Shown one piece after another: positions 1-9,022 of a stretch of DNA of 64,000 nt (the first letter of the stretch is position 1; every line of letters starts with the position of its first letter). The DNA lies in the NCBI GenBank assembly GCA_014384675.1, contig JACNFK010000024.1, positions 17,018 to 81,017 on the forward strand. Reading direction: 5' to 3'. The position numbers and the translations under genes were made by a program. This stretch comes from Candidatus Thiopontia autotrophica (GTDB lineage: Bacteria; Pseudomonadota; Gammaproteobacteria; GCF-002020875). Under the pieces are notes generated by a model that made no database searches, had not been told where the DNA came from, and was given only the letters and a program-made list of their open reading frames with translations.

Positions 1-57
1 ACTGGACAGGGATTTCGCTGCGCTACATCCCCGCCAGTGAGCTTTAGCGGTAGCTGC
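1..57 (+). mobile_element. Partial integron attC-like site (3' part) with non-canonical GGT core
   Basis: ACTGG/CCAGT and GGGAT/ATCCC stem; L' GTGAGCT (37-43), 5-nt spacer TTAGC, R'-like GGTAGCTGC (49-57). The 5' part lies outside the window. Confidence 0.7.
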
Positions 58-225
58 TTTGCTCCATCACCTCTTTGTCTTTGATCATGAGTTGTGACAT
101 TTCAGCCATTCGGCCCTTGGGTGCTTCGTTGGTTGCGGGTCCATTCGATATGATCGCTTTCGGGCATCACCAGTTTCCAGGTCTTGCGACATACAGAGAG
201 ATTCTTGGTTCTTCGGATACGTCTT

Positions 226-334
226 GCAGCTACCAAGCCAGTGGAGTCAACCGGGTGAGCCGGGTTCACGGGAGCTTCATTCACTCCTCGACTCCTTTTC
301 TCTTCACGCCCGGTGACTCACTTTCACGGTAGCC
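226..334 (+). mobile_element. Complete attC-like site with ACC/GGT core
   Basis: R'' GCAGCTACC (226-234), 5-nt spacer, L'' AGTGGAGT (240-247) ... L' ACTCACT (316-322), 5-nt spacer, R' GGTAGCC (328-334). The stem has two unpaired bases. Confidence 0.75.
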
Positions 335-343
335 CCTGAAACC

Positions 344-664
344 ATGTCCGCTCTACTTGCATACTTCGTCGCTCTTTTCGTGTGCCATATAGCGTACCTA
401 TTTGCGCAGATACCATTCGGCATACTGGCATTCGGCATACTGGCACCGATTGCGCGTCGTAGTCCCGGCGCCGCCAGCTATATCGGGACGCTCATGGGCT
501 TTGGCGCAGCTTACGTCTCCGTGCCAGCATTGCTGTTGTTCTCATTGCCGTTCACCAAGACATGCCTTATCGCGCCTGCACTTGTTCGCCTCCTTTCTGA
601 TTTGTCGCGTTGGAGTCGATCGAGTGCCGCGTTTGCGGAGGCAGATCCAGCCACACAAAAGTAG
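344..664 (+). CDS. Cassette-borne hypothetical membrane protein, probably 3'-truncated at the junction with napC
   Basis: ATG lies 9 nt after the attC-like R' box; hydrophobic 106 aa; the stop codon comes from napC-like sequence; 15-bp tandem repeat at 414-443 (FGILA x2). Confidence 0.55.
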   Translation: MSALLAYFVALFVCHIAYLFAQIPFGILAFGILAPIARRSPGAASYIGTLMGFGAAYVSVPALLLFSLPFTKTCLIAPALVRLLSDLSRWSRSSAAFAEADPATQK

Positions 665-1002
665 TACGCAAGATCAAGGCATCCAATGAGCTCTACCACA
701 AGATGATGGGGACTATAGATACTCCAGAGAAATTTGAAGAGAAACGGATGGAGTTGGCACAAAATGTCTGGAAAACAATGAAAGATACTGACTCAAGGGA
801 GTGCAGAAACTGTCACGGCTTTGACTACATGGATTTTGATAAACAGGAAGAGCGTAGTGCAGACCGTCATGATGAGGCGATAGAGAACAGAGATCCGGAT
901 AATGAGGAGACTCATGGAGAGGGAGAGACCTGTATCGATTGTCACAAGGGAATCGCACATCGCCTGCCTGAGGGGTATGACCCTGCAGAGGATGACTCCT
1001 GA
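652..1002 (+). pseudogene. napC: C-terminal half of a NapC/NirT tetraheme quinol dehydrogenase (5' part missing)
   Basis: KVVRKIKASNE...DSRECRNCH...TCIDCHKGIAH closely matches the NirT domain at 9023+. Only hemes 3-4 are present, with no TM anchor; napGH follows. Confidence 0.8.
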
Positions 1003-1086
1003 GGGGTCACAGGATGAAATACTATTGAAATATTTCAGTGAAAGAATAGCTGGTAAGGAGGGATGTAACAGGTAAGGAGTTTTAAT

Positions 1087-1875
1087 GTGACAATGGGGAA
1101 ACGTCTGGGCCGTAGAGAGTTTATGGTCGAAAGTGGAAGAGTGGTCGGTGGAGTTTCCCTGCTGGGGGCAATTATAAGCCTCTTTGGCAAACAGGCTGCA
1201 TCAATGCCAGCTTATGCCATCAGGCCGCCAGGGGCAATTGCGGAAGAGAGCTTTCTTGGGGCCTGTACACGTTGTGGGATGTGTGTAAGTGATTGTCCTT
1301 ACGATATTCTTCACCTTGCCGAACTTCAGGAGGGGGTTGCTCTTGGCACTCCATATTTTGTTGCACGTGAAATACCATGCGAGATGTGTGATGACATTCC
1401 CTGTGTCCGTAACTGTCCGACTGGAGCATTGGACAGGGATATGGAGGATATTGAAAAAGCAGAGATGGGGATAGCAGTTCTTGTTGACCGCGAGACATGC
1501 CTGAATATTCTGGGGCTGCGTTGTGATATCTGCTACCGGGTCTGTCCGGTTATGGATGAGGCCATTAGTCTGGAGCGGATCCCCAATCTTCGTACGGGCA
1601 CCCATACTATTTTTGTTCCCACAGTTCACTCCGGCCGCTGTACTGGCTGCGGTCTCTGTGAGCATGCCTGCCCACTTCCTGTGGCAGCAATCAAAGTACT
1701 TCCTGAAACTATAGCTAAGGGGCAGATGGGAGAACACTATCGTCTGGGATGGAATGAAAAGGAGAAGGCAGGCAAGGCTCTGGTTACCCCAGATATTGAG
1801 CATAAATACAATCTCCCTGAGGGGTTCAGTTATGAGCTAATGGGCGAGGGTCTGATTGAGGTGCCGGACAGATGA
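1087..1875 (+). CDS. napG: Ferredoxin-type protein NapG (MauM/NapG family)
   Basis: RREF Tat-like leader, IRPPGA, four Cys clusters (CTRCGMC..CP, CEMC..C, CDICYRVCP, CTGCGLC..CP). Confidence 0.92.
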   Translation: MTMGKRLGRREFMVESGRVVGGVSLLGAIISLFGKQAASMPAYAIRPPGAIAEESFLGACTRCGMCVSDCPYDILHLAELQEGVALGTPYFVAREIPCEMCDDIPCVRNCPTGALDRDMEDIEKAEMGIAVLVDRETCLNILGLRCDICYRVCPVMDEAISLERIPNLRTGTHTIFVPTVHSGRCTGCGLCEHACPLPVAAIKVLPETIAKGQMGEHYRLGWNEKEKAGKALVTPDIEHKYNLPEGFSYELMGEGLIEVPDR

Positions 1876-1893
1876 TCAAGGAGAGAGAGTAAA

Positions 1894-2787
1894 ATGGCAC
1901 GTAAGGAGATTGGCGCAGCAGCAATCGAAGAGAAGGGGTGGATCCGTTCCCACAAGTGGCTACTAATGAGGAGGATATCCCAGCTCTCCATTATAGGGCT
2001 GTTTCTGCTCGGTCCATTAGCCTCAATCTGGTTTTTGGGGAGGCTGGAAGAGGAGTTCTGGATCATCAAGGGCAACCTGGCATCCAGTGTAGTGCTGGAT
2101 ACAATTCCACTAACTGATCCCTTCATCTACCTGCAGACTCTGTTTGCAGGACAGGCCTTTGAGGCAACAGCCCTGGTTGGCGCTCTGATTGTGACAATCT
2201 TCTACCTGGTAGTGGGTGGACGAGTCTACTGCTCTTGGGTCTGTCCCATGAATATGGTGACCGATGCGGCGGGCTGGTTACGGCGCAGACTAGGGATAAA
2301 GAAAAAATGTGACTCCTCCCCCAATATTCGCTTCTGGATTCTTGGGATGGTGATGATCATAGCCATGTTCAGCGGTATTATGTTATGGGAACTGATAAAT
2401 CCAGTCACTCTGTTGCAGCGAAGTATCTTCTATGGTTTTGGAATGGGTTGGATTATTGTGGTTACTCTCTTTTTCTACGATCTACTCTGGAGTCGTAATG
2501 GGTGGTGCGGTCACCTATGCCCTATGGGTGCTTTTTACAGTCTGTTGGGAAAATTCAGCCTGCTACGGGTACGTGCAGCAGAGCGCGCTGCCTGTGACGA
2601 CTGTATGGACTGTTTTGCTGTCTGCCCGGAGCCTCAGGTTATAAGGCCGGCACTCAAGGGGGAGAGTGGAGAGAGCCCGGTCATTGATCACTCTCAGTGC
2701 ACCAACTGTGGCCGCTGTATCGATATATGTGGACCAGATGTGTTTAGTTTTGGGAGTAGATTTAACAACAGACAGTATGATTTATAA
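1894..2787 (+). CDS. napH: Quinol dehydrogenase membrane subunit NapH
   Basis: TM helices, GGRVYCSWVCP, WCGHLCP and two C-terminal 4Fe-4S motifs. Confidence 0.93.
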   Translation: MARKEIGAAAIEEKGWIRSHKWLLMRRISQLSIIGLFLLGPLASIWFLGRLEEEFWIIKGNLASSVVLDTIPLTDPFIYLQTLFAGQAFEATALVGALIVTIFYLVVGGRVYCSWVCPMNMVTDAAGWLRRRLGIKKKCDSSPNIRFWILGMVMIIAMFSGIMLWELINPVTLLQRSIFYGFGMGWIIVVTLFFYDLLWSRNGWCGHLCPMGAFYSLLGKFSLLRVRAAERAACDDCMDCFAVCPEPQVIRPALKGESGESPVIDHSQCTNCGRCIDICGPDVFSFGSRFNNRQYDL

Positions 2788-2872
2788 GTAATATATTGCA
2801 TTAATATCTTCTTAAAACATTATGTTCCTGCTGCCATTCTAAGGGATGTTGCAGTTATTAGTTGAATCTAGG

Positions 2873-4054
2873 CTAAAGCCCGATCTGCCCGGCACGGTTG
2901 GTAAAGAAGATGCCGCTGGGGCTCTCCATTGGCAGGCTCTTCAGTAGCTCAAATGTCTCTGTGTCATAGATCTCTACCAAGTTTTTGTCACGCACTGAAA
3001 CCCATACCTCTTCACCTCTGGGGGTGAACTCCATATGCAGAACCCCTTTGCCTGGGTGCATCTGGTGGATTATATTCAGACTCTCTGCATCAATAATTTG
3101 CAGGGTGTCGTTGTGCGGGAATGCAAAATTTACCCAGATCTGACGGCCATCCGGACGGCTTATGGCAAATACGGGCTGGCTATGTACCTGAATTCGTCCG
3201 CTCTCTTGCCAGCTTCCGCTATCAACAACCAGTAGTTCGTGACGGCCCACAGCTGGCAGAAATGTTTTATCTCCAGCCTCTGCCCACCCCTCAAGATGAG
3301 GCATTTTGTATACCGGGAGTTTCTGTTCGCCACGTCCATAGTGGTCAAGAATACGTTTCACCCCATTTTCCGGGTGCCAGAGATCGAGCAGGGCGAGCCC
3401 ATCCTCGCCAAACAGCCCGGCAATGTAGATTCGGCCATCAGGAGTAATCAATCCATCATATGGTTGTCGGCCGATATCGGTGAATTTTTTGATGGATGAT
3501 GAGCCATCATCACTCATCTTGATAAGCCATATCTCGCCACTATCAAACAGACTGAATACAAAATGGTTTCCGGGGGCATCTACCAGACCAACCGTGCGAG
3601 ACCTCTTCTGCTCTGAGAGTGCAGTTGCCTCGATATCTGCTACCAGCTCAAGGGTTTTGCTGTCAAAAATGCGTACACCACCAGGCTCATAGTTTGATAC
3701 AGCAACCCATCTGCCGTCCTGAGAAATTGCCCCACCAATACTGTTGCCGCCCTGAATAATACGTTTTTCTATCTTTTTGCAGAGCAGGTCAATCTTGGTG
3801 AGGCCACCATCTCTACCGAAGATAAAGGCGTAGCGTGCATCGCGAGAGTAGACAGCGGAGGCGTGGGAGAGGTCACCAAGCTCCTCAACTCTTCCCAGTG
3901 ATATACGTTCTGTGGTATCGACTATCTGCACAGAGCCACTGGCACGTTCGATTATTATGCCAAGGTCGCCGGTTCCTCTGGTCTCACAGGCGAGCAGTGA
4001 GGTATGAATAGTTCCCAGCAGGATAATTATTGGTATCAACAGGTTATTTCTCAT
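2873..4054 (-). CDS. nirF: Heme d1 biosynthesis protein NirF
   Basis: GDLSHASAVYSRD, YKMPHLEGW, PSGIFF beta-propeller motifs; ATG 4054 overlaps the nirC stop. Confidence 0.92.
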   Translation of the reverse strand: MRNNLLIPIIILLGTIHTSLLACETRGTGDLGIIIERASGSVQIVDTTERISLGRVEELGDLSHASAVYSRDARYAFIFGRDGGLTKIDLLCKKIEKRIIQGGNSIGGAISQDGRWVAVSNYEPGGVRIFDSKTLELVADIEATALSEQKRSRTVGLVDAPGNHFVFSLFDSGEIWLIKMSDDGSSSIKKFTDIGRQPYDGLITPDGRIYIAGLFGEDGLALLDLWHPENGVKRILDHYGRGEQKLPVYKMPHLEGWAEAGDKTFLPAVGRHELLVVDSGSWQESGRIQVHSQPVFAISRPDGRQIWVNFAFPHNDTLQIIDAESLNIIHQMHPGKGVLHMEFTPRGEEVWVSVRDKNLVEIYDTETFELLKSLPMESPSGIFFTNRAGQIGL

Positions 4055-4394
4055 ACCAGGTGCCTTGCAGTAGATGTGTAGCAATATAGTGGATCTCATT
4101 GCCGGTTAAAATAGGGGCCCATGGAGGCATTGGAGTGCCGGGACGGCCATGAGATATGGTTATCTCCAGAAAATTCTCAGGGTATAGGTTGAGCCGGACC
4201 GGATCCAGACTTGGGCCCAATCCTCCCTTTAGGGTCAGGCCATGGCATGAGCCACAATCCTGTTTGACCATATGGGCAATCTCGGCCTTCCTCTTTTCAG
4301 TCAGGCCATTATCTGAGCTGTTATCTCCAGCCCCAATAGATACGGGAGAGATTGTGATGAGGAGTGGAATCAGCAGGAGAGATAGATATTTCAT
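4044..4394 (-). CDS. nirC: Cytochrome c55X NirC
   Basis: QDCGSCHG..GGLGP..GRPGTPMPPW; signal peptide; lies between nirE and nirF. Confidence 0.9.
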   Translation of the reverse strand: MKYLSLLLIPLLITISPVSIGAGDNSSDNGLTEKRKAEIAHMVKQDCGSCHGLTLKGGLGPSLDPVRLNLYPENFLEITISHGRPGTPMPPWAPILTGNEIHYIATHLLQGTWYEK

Positions 4395-4409
4395 CCACAA
4401 TACAGCCTG

Positions 4410-5216
4410 TTAGCCATGCAGGGAAGTGGTGGCAGATGGGTTCAACTCTTCATCAACCATCCCAAACCAGTCAAGCTCGTCACTGAGTTTTACAACCTTG
4501 CCTACAACAATCAGGGCAGGGGATTTTAACCCCTCTCTTTTGACCGCATCTTCAATGGTGTGGAGGGTTGCAATAGCCTTGCGTTGCTCCCTAGATGTGC
4601 CGTTCTCGATAACAGCGACAGGGGTGTCGGCAGAGAGTCCATGTCTGGTTAGATTGTCAGCAATCATGGATAGATTATGCAGCCCCATGTAGATCACAAG
4701 GGTTAATTCCGGGTTGGCCATTCCTCTCCAATCCAGCTCAACAGCCTCATCATTCTTGAAGTGCCCGGTAACGAATAGAACTCCCCTGGAGAGTGATCTA
4801 TGAGTGACCGGGATCCCGGCATATGCTGAGGCGGCAATTCCAGAGGTGATTCCCGGGACGATCTCAAATCGGATCTTCTCTCTCTTGAGAACAAGAGCCT
4901 CCTCACTGCCACGACCGAAGATAAATGGATCACCTCCCTTGAGTCTAACAACACTACGCCCATTTTTGGCAAGATTAACCAGGGTCTGATTTATCTCATC
5001 CTGGGTCATTGAGTGTTTGCCACAACTCTTGCCTGCATATATGCGTGGCACCCCCTGGGGTATAAGATCAAGAATTTCCTGGCTTACCAGACGGTCATGA
5101 ACTACTACCTCAGCCTGCTCAATACGTCGTAATGCCTTGATTGTAAGTAGGTCTGGGTCTCCAGGGCCGGCACCAATCAGGGAAACTACCGGTTCTCTAT
5201 TAATACTCTTGTTCAT
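4410..5216 (-). CDS. nirE: Uroporphyrinogen-III C-methyltransferase NirE
   Basis: GAGPGDPDLLT and RLKGGDPFIFGRG motifs; nir context. Confidence 0.9.
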   Translation of the reverse strand: MNKSINREPVVSLIGAGPGDPDLLTIKALRRIEQAEVVVHDRLVSQEILDLIPQGVPRIYAGKSCGKHSMTQDEINQTLVNLAKNGRSVVRLKGGDPFIFGRGSEEALVLKREKIRFEIVPGITSGIAASAYAGIPVTHRSLSRGVLFVTGHFKNDEAVELDWRGMANPELTLVIYMGLHNLSMIADNLTRHGLSADTPVAVIENGTSREQRKAIATLHTIEDAVKREGLKSPALIVVGKVVKLSDELDWFGMVDEELNPSATTSLHG

Positions 5217-5251
5217 ATAGGCAAATGTAGTAGATAACAGAGTCTCCGTAA

Positions 5252-5265
5252 TTGATTCATATCAA
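5252..5265. promoter_or_regulatory. FNR/DNR box (nirE side)
   Basis: TTGATTCATATCAA is a perfect TTGAT-N4-ATCAA. Confidence 0.85.
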
Positions 5266-5345
5266 TAACAATGCTCCATTATCTTCATAGAATGGATACC
5301 TGTAACCGCACTCGGAAGGGTTAATTTATATTAGTAATTTGTGGT

Positions 5346-5359
5346 TTGATCTAGATCAA
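5346..5359. promoter_or_regulatory. FNR/DNR box (nirS side)
   Basis: TTGATCTAGATCAA is a perfect consensus. Confidence 0.85.
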
Positions 5360-5486
5360 TGAACTGCAGGTGACTTTTGGTGGATCCTTAGTGGCGTGTG
5401 AAAAAACCTGACAACAGGAATGGGAATTATCTTTGTTCTCTACCTGCTGTTTTAACTTCTGTAAATTGTAAAGAGGGATATCCAAG

Positions 5487-7232
5487 ATGATTGATGGTAA
5501 GAAGAGGAGTTTCAAGAGGGGTGCAACCCTGGGTCTGGCAATAGCCATTACTCTGGGATTATCAGGGTGTGGTGACTCTGGTGATTCAGGCGCATCAAAA
5601 ACGGCAGCACCAGCACCGGCTCCAGCAGCAGCCCCAGCACCGGCTCCTGTCCCAGCAGCACCAGTCAAGGTGGCTGCGTCCGGGCCATCACTATCAGAGG
5701 CTGATTTTGAGCACTCCAAGAAGCTCTACTTCCAGCGCTGTGCAGGTTGTCACGGTGTACTGAGAAAAGGGGCGACAGGCAAGAGTCTGGAGCCAAAAGA
5801 TACTCGTGAGCTAGGTCAGGAGCGTCTGGAGAAGATTCTGACTTACGGAACAGACGGTGGAATGAACAACTTTGATGATATCTTCAGCAAGGAAGAGATC
5901 TCAATGATGGCCACCTACATTCAGTTGGAGCCACCAATTCCACCAGAGATGTCACTGGCGATGATGAAGGAGCGTACCGAGGTATTTATTGATCCCAAGG
6001 ACTATCCAACCAAGCCACTACATGGACGTAACTGGGAGAACTTCTTCGTAGTTATCGAGCGTGATGCTGGTAAGGCAGCAGTAATCGATGGTGATACCAA
6101 AGAGATTATCGACCATATTGACACTGGTTACGCAGTACACGTAATCAAGGCTACCGAGCACCATGAGACCGAGCATCCTGTTGGCGGTGTTGCCGGACGC
6201 TTCTGGTACACAATGGGTCGTGATGGCGTAATGAGCAAGATCGATCTGTGGCAGAACCCAGGAAGCATGCTGGTTGCCAAGACCCAGATTGCATATGATG
6301 CACGTGATGTTGCGATCTCTGGAGATGGTAAATATGTAATTGGTGGAGGCTACTGGCCACCACACTTCGTAATTGCCGATGCTGTTACCATGGAGCCACT
6401 GAAGGTAGTATCCACTCGTGGGGTAAATGTTGATGGTGAGTATGTAAATGAGTCACGTGTAGCTGCGGTCTACACCACTCCAAACGAGCCAACCTTCCTG
6501 GTTGCGGTCAAGGAGCTGGGGCAGATGTGGCAGGTTGACTACAGTGATATCGAGAATTTGGATATCACCAAAATCGACTCTGCGAAGTTCCTCCATGATG
6601 GATTCTTTGATCCAACCGGACGTTACTTCCAGATTGCGGCAAATGCATCCAACAAGATGGTTGTAGTAGATACCAAGACCCGCAAGCTTGAGGCGATGAT
6701 TGATACCACTGGCAAGAAGCCACACCCTGGCCCTGGTGCAAACTGGGATGATCCAAAACATGGTCCTGTAGGTGCTACGGTCCATCTGGGAACAGGTATG
6801 GTAACTGTATGGGGTAATGATCCAGCCGGTACACCAAGCAAGGCCTGGAAGATCGTACGTGAGATTGAGACTGATGGAGCAGGTGCATTTATCCGTACCC
6901 ATCCAAACTCCAAGTATGTATGGGCAGATCAGGTCAAGAACCCTGAGCCTGAGATACAGCAGTCTGTACAGGTTATCTCCAAGGAGACCGGCGAGATCGT
7001 CAAGACTATCCGGGTAACTGAAGAGCAGGGCAAGGCGGCACTCCATATTGAGTTTAACAAGGATGGAAGTGAGGCTTGGGTATCTGTCTGGAACCGTACA
7101 GATAACTCTAACCCAACTGGTGAGATCGTAGTCTACGATGCAGATACTCTTGAAGAGAAGGCTCGTATCAAGGGGCTGACCACACCAACCGGTAAGTTCA
7201 ACGTTTATAGTAGAACTAACCACGTAACTTGA
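5487..7232 (+). CDS. nirS: Cytochrome cd1 nitrite reductase, copy 1, predicted lipoprotein with Ala/Pro linker
   Basis: CAGCHGVLRKGATGK heme c motif; FLHDG, PHPGPG and PTGKFNV d1-domain motifs; LSGC lipobox followed by APAPAPAAAPAPAP. Confidence 0.93.
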   Translation: MIDGKKRSFKRGATLGLAIAITLGLSGCGDSGDSGASKTAAPAPAPAAAPAPAPVPAAPVKVAASGPSLSEADFEHSKKLYFQRCAGCHGVLRKGATGKSLEPKDTRELGQERLEKILTYGTDGGMNNFDDIFSKEEISMMATYIQLEPPIPPEMSLAMMKERTEVFIDPKDYPTKPLHGRNWENFFVVIERDAGKAAVIDGDTKEIIDHIDTGYAVHVIKATEHHETEHPVGGVAGRFWYTMGRDGVMSKIDLWQNPGSMLVAKTQIAYDARDVAISGDGKYVIGGGYWPPHFVIADAVTMEPLKVVSTRGVNVDGEYVNESRVAAVYTTPNEPTFLVAVKELGQMWQVDYSDIENLDITKIDSAKFLHDGFFDPTGRYFQIAANASNKMVVVDTKTRKLEAMIDTTGKKPHPGPGANWDDPKHGPVGATVHLGTGMVTVWGNDPAGTPSKAWKIVREIETDGAGAFIRTHPNSKYVWADQVKNPEPEIQQSVQVISKETGEIVKTIRVTEEQGKAALHIEFNKDGSEAWVSVWNRTDNSNPTGEIVVYDADTLEEKARIKGLTTPTGKFNVYSRTNHVT

Positions 7233-8940
7233 TGAGAGAGGCCCCTTTAACCTGACTGGTGAAAGGGGCTTTTTACAAGAGGAGGTTTTTTGTTTTGTTT
7301 AGGAGAACTATAAAGATGAAGAAATTATCATTGACTGCATTAAGTCTTGCAGTAGGTGTTGCAATGGGAGGGGTTGGCACTACAGTAAGTGCTGGGCCAT
7401 CACTATCAGAGGCTGATTTTGAGCACTCCAAGAAGCTCTACTTCCAGCGCTGTGCAGGTTGTCACGGTGTACTGAGAAAAGGGGCGACAGGCAAGAGTCT
7501 GGAGCCAAAAGATACTCGTGAGCTAGGTCAGGAGCGTCTGGAGAAGATTCTGACTTACGGAACAGACGGTGGAATGAACAACTTTGATGATATCTTCAGC
7601 AAGGAAGAGATCTCAATGATGGCCACCTACATTCAGTTGGAGCCACCAATTCCACCAGAGATGTCACTGGCGATGATGAAGGAGCGTACCGAGGTATTTA
7701 TTGATCCCAAGGACTATCCAACCAAGCCACTACATGGACGTAACTGGGAGAACTTCTTCGTAGTTATCGAGCGTGATGCTGGTAAGGCAGCAGTAATCGA
7801 TGGTGATACCAAAGAGATTATCGACCATATTGACACTGGTTACGCAGTACACGTAATCAAGGCTACCGAGCACCATGAGACCGAGCATCCTGTTGGCGGT
7901 GTTGCCGGACGCTTCTGGTACACAATGGGTCGTGATGGCGTAATGAGCAAGATCGATCTGTGGCAGAACCCAGGAAGCATGCTGGTTGCCAAGACCCAGA
8001 TTGCATATGATGCACGTGATGTTGCGATCTCTGGAGATGGTAAATATGTAATTGGTGGAGGCTACTGGCCACCACACTTCGTAATTGCCGATGCTGTTAC
8101 CATGGAGCCACTGAAGGTAGTATCCACTCGTGGGGTAAATGTTGATGGTGAGTATGTAAATGAGTCACGTGTAGCTGCGGTCTACACCACTCCAAACGAG
8201 CCAACCTTCCTGGTTGCGGTCAAGGAGCTGGGGCAGATGTGGCAGGTTGACTACAGTGATATCGAGAATTTGGATATCACCAAAATCGACTCTGCGAAGT
8301 TCCTCCATGATGGATTCTTTGATCCAACCGGACGTTACTTCCAGATTGCGGCAAATGCATCCAACAAGATGGTTGTAGTAGATACCAAGACCCGCAAGCT
8401 TGAGGCGATGATTGATACCACTGGCAAGAAGCCACACCCTGGCCCTGGTGCAAACTGGGATGATCCAAAACATGGTCCTGTAGGTGCTACGGTCCATCTG
8501 GGAACAGGTATGGTAACTGTATGGGGTAATGATCCAGCCGGTACACCAAGCAAGGCCTGGAAGATCGTACGTGAGATTGAGACTGATGGAGCAGGTGCAT
8601 TTATCCGTACCCATCCAAACTCCAAGTATGTATGGGCAGATCAGGTCAAGAACCCTGAGCCTGAGATACAGCAGTCTGTACAGGTTATCTCCAAGGAGAC
8701 CGGCGAGATCGTCAAGACTATCCGGGTAACTGAAGAGCAGGGCAAGGCGGCACTCCATATTGAGTTTAACAAGGATGGAAGTGAGGCTTGGGTATCTGTC
8801 TGGAACCGTACAGATAACTCTAACCCAACTGGTGAGATCGTAGTCTACGATGCAGATACTCTTGAAGAGAAGGCTCGTATCAAGGGGCTGACCACACCAA
8901 CCGGTAAGTTCAACGTTTATAGTAGAACTAACCACGTAAC
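5682..8940 (+). repeat. Direct repeat of ~1547 bp (5682-7228 and 7394-8940)
   Basis: Offset 1712; NirS translations and all alternative-frame ORFs listed for the two copies are identical. Confidence 0.95.
7238..7274 (+). terminator. Putative intrinsic terminator/hairpin between the nirS copies
   Basis: GCCCCTTT...AAAGGGGC followed by TTTTT. Confidence 0.55.
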
Positions 8941-8944
8941 CTAA
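7316..8944 (+). CDS. nirS: Cytochrome cd1 nitrite reductase, copy 2, soluble periplasmic form (Sec/SPase I)
   Basis: AGGAG RBS; signal peptide MKKLSLTAL...VSA; mature region identical to copy 1. Confidence 0.93.
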   Translation: MKKLSLTALSLAVGVAMGGVGTTVSAGPSLSEADFEHSKKLYFQRCAGCHGVLRKGATGKSLEPKDTRELGQERLEKILTYGTDGGMNNFDDIFSKEEISMMATYIQLEPPIPPEMSLAMMKERTEVFIDPKDYPTKPLHGRNWENFFVVIERDAGKAAVIDGDTKEIIDHIDTGYAVHVIKATEHHETEHPVGGVAGRFWYTMGRDGVMSKIDLWQNPGSMLVAKTQIAYDARDVAISGDGKYVIGGGYWPPHFVIADAVTMEPLKVVSTRGVNVDGEYVNESRVAAVYTTPNEPTFLVAVKELGQMWQVDYSDIENLDITKIDSAKFLHDGFFDPTGRYFQIAANASNKMVVVDTKTRKLEAMIDTTGKKPHPGPGANWDDPKHGPVGATVHLGTGMVTVWGNDPAGTPSKAWKIVREIETDGAGAFIRTHPNSKYVWADQVKNPEPEIQQSVQVISKETGEIVKTIRVTEEQGKAALHIEFNKDGSEAWVSVWNRTDNSNPTGEIVVYDADTLEEKARIKGLTTPTGKFNVYSRTNHVT

Positions 8945-8954
8945 GTAGAGTAGT

Positions 8955-8988
8955 GGCCGGCACCTGCATATCAGGTGCCGGTTTTTTT
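8955..8988 (+). terminator. Intrinsic terminator after nirS copy 2
   Basis: CCGGCACCTG-catat-CAGGTGCCGG followed by a T-tract. Confidence 0.8.
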
Positions 8989-9022
8989 ATATAATTTATT
9001 TGTACTGCCTGAGGAGCCTTTA

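Noticed and set aside
75..332. 85-aa plus-strand and 60-aa minus-strand ORFs in the first cassette
   Set aside because: Both run through the attC-like palindrome, lack a clear RBS and resemble nothing recognisable.
610..651. ORF-track start giving a 130-aa NapC (MESIECRVCGG...)
   Set aside because: The first ~14 codons come from the foreign cassette ORF in another frame; CRVCG is not a heme motif.
7259..7315. Extended N-terminus for nirS copy 2 containing RRFF (Tat-like)
   Set aside because: It overlaps the terminator hairpin; ATG 7316 has a good RBS and Sec signal, and c-type cytochromes are Sec-exported.
6018..8935. Duplicated antisense ORFs (256 aa, 115 aa and others)
   Set aside because: Shadows of nirS; useful only as evidence that the two copies are identical.
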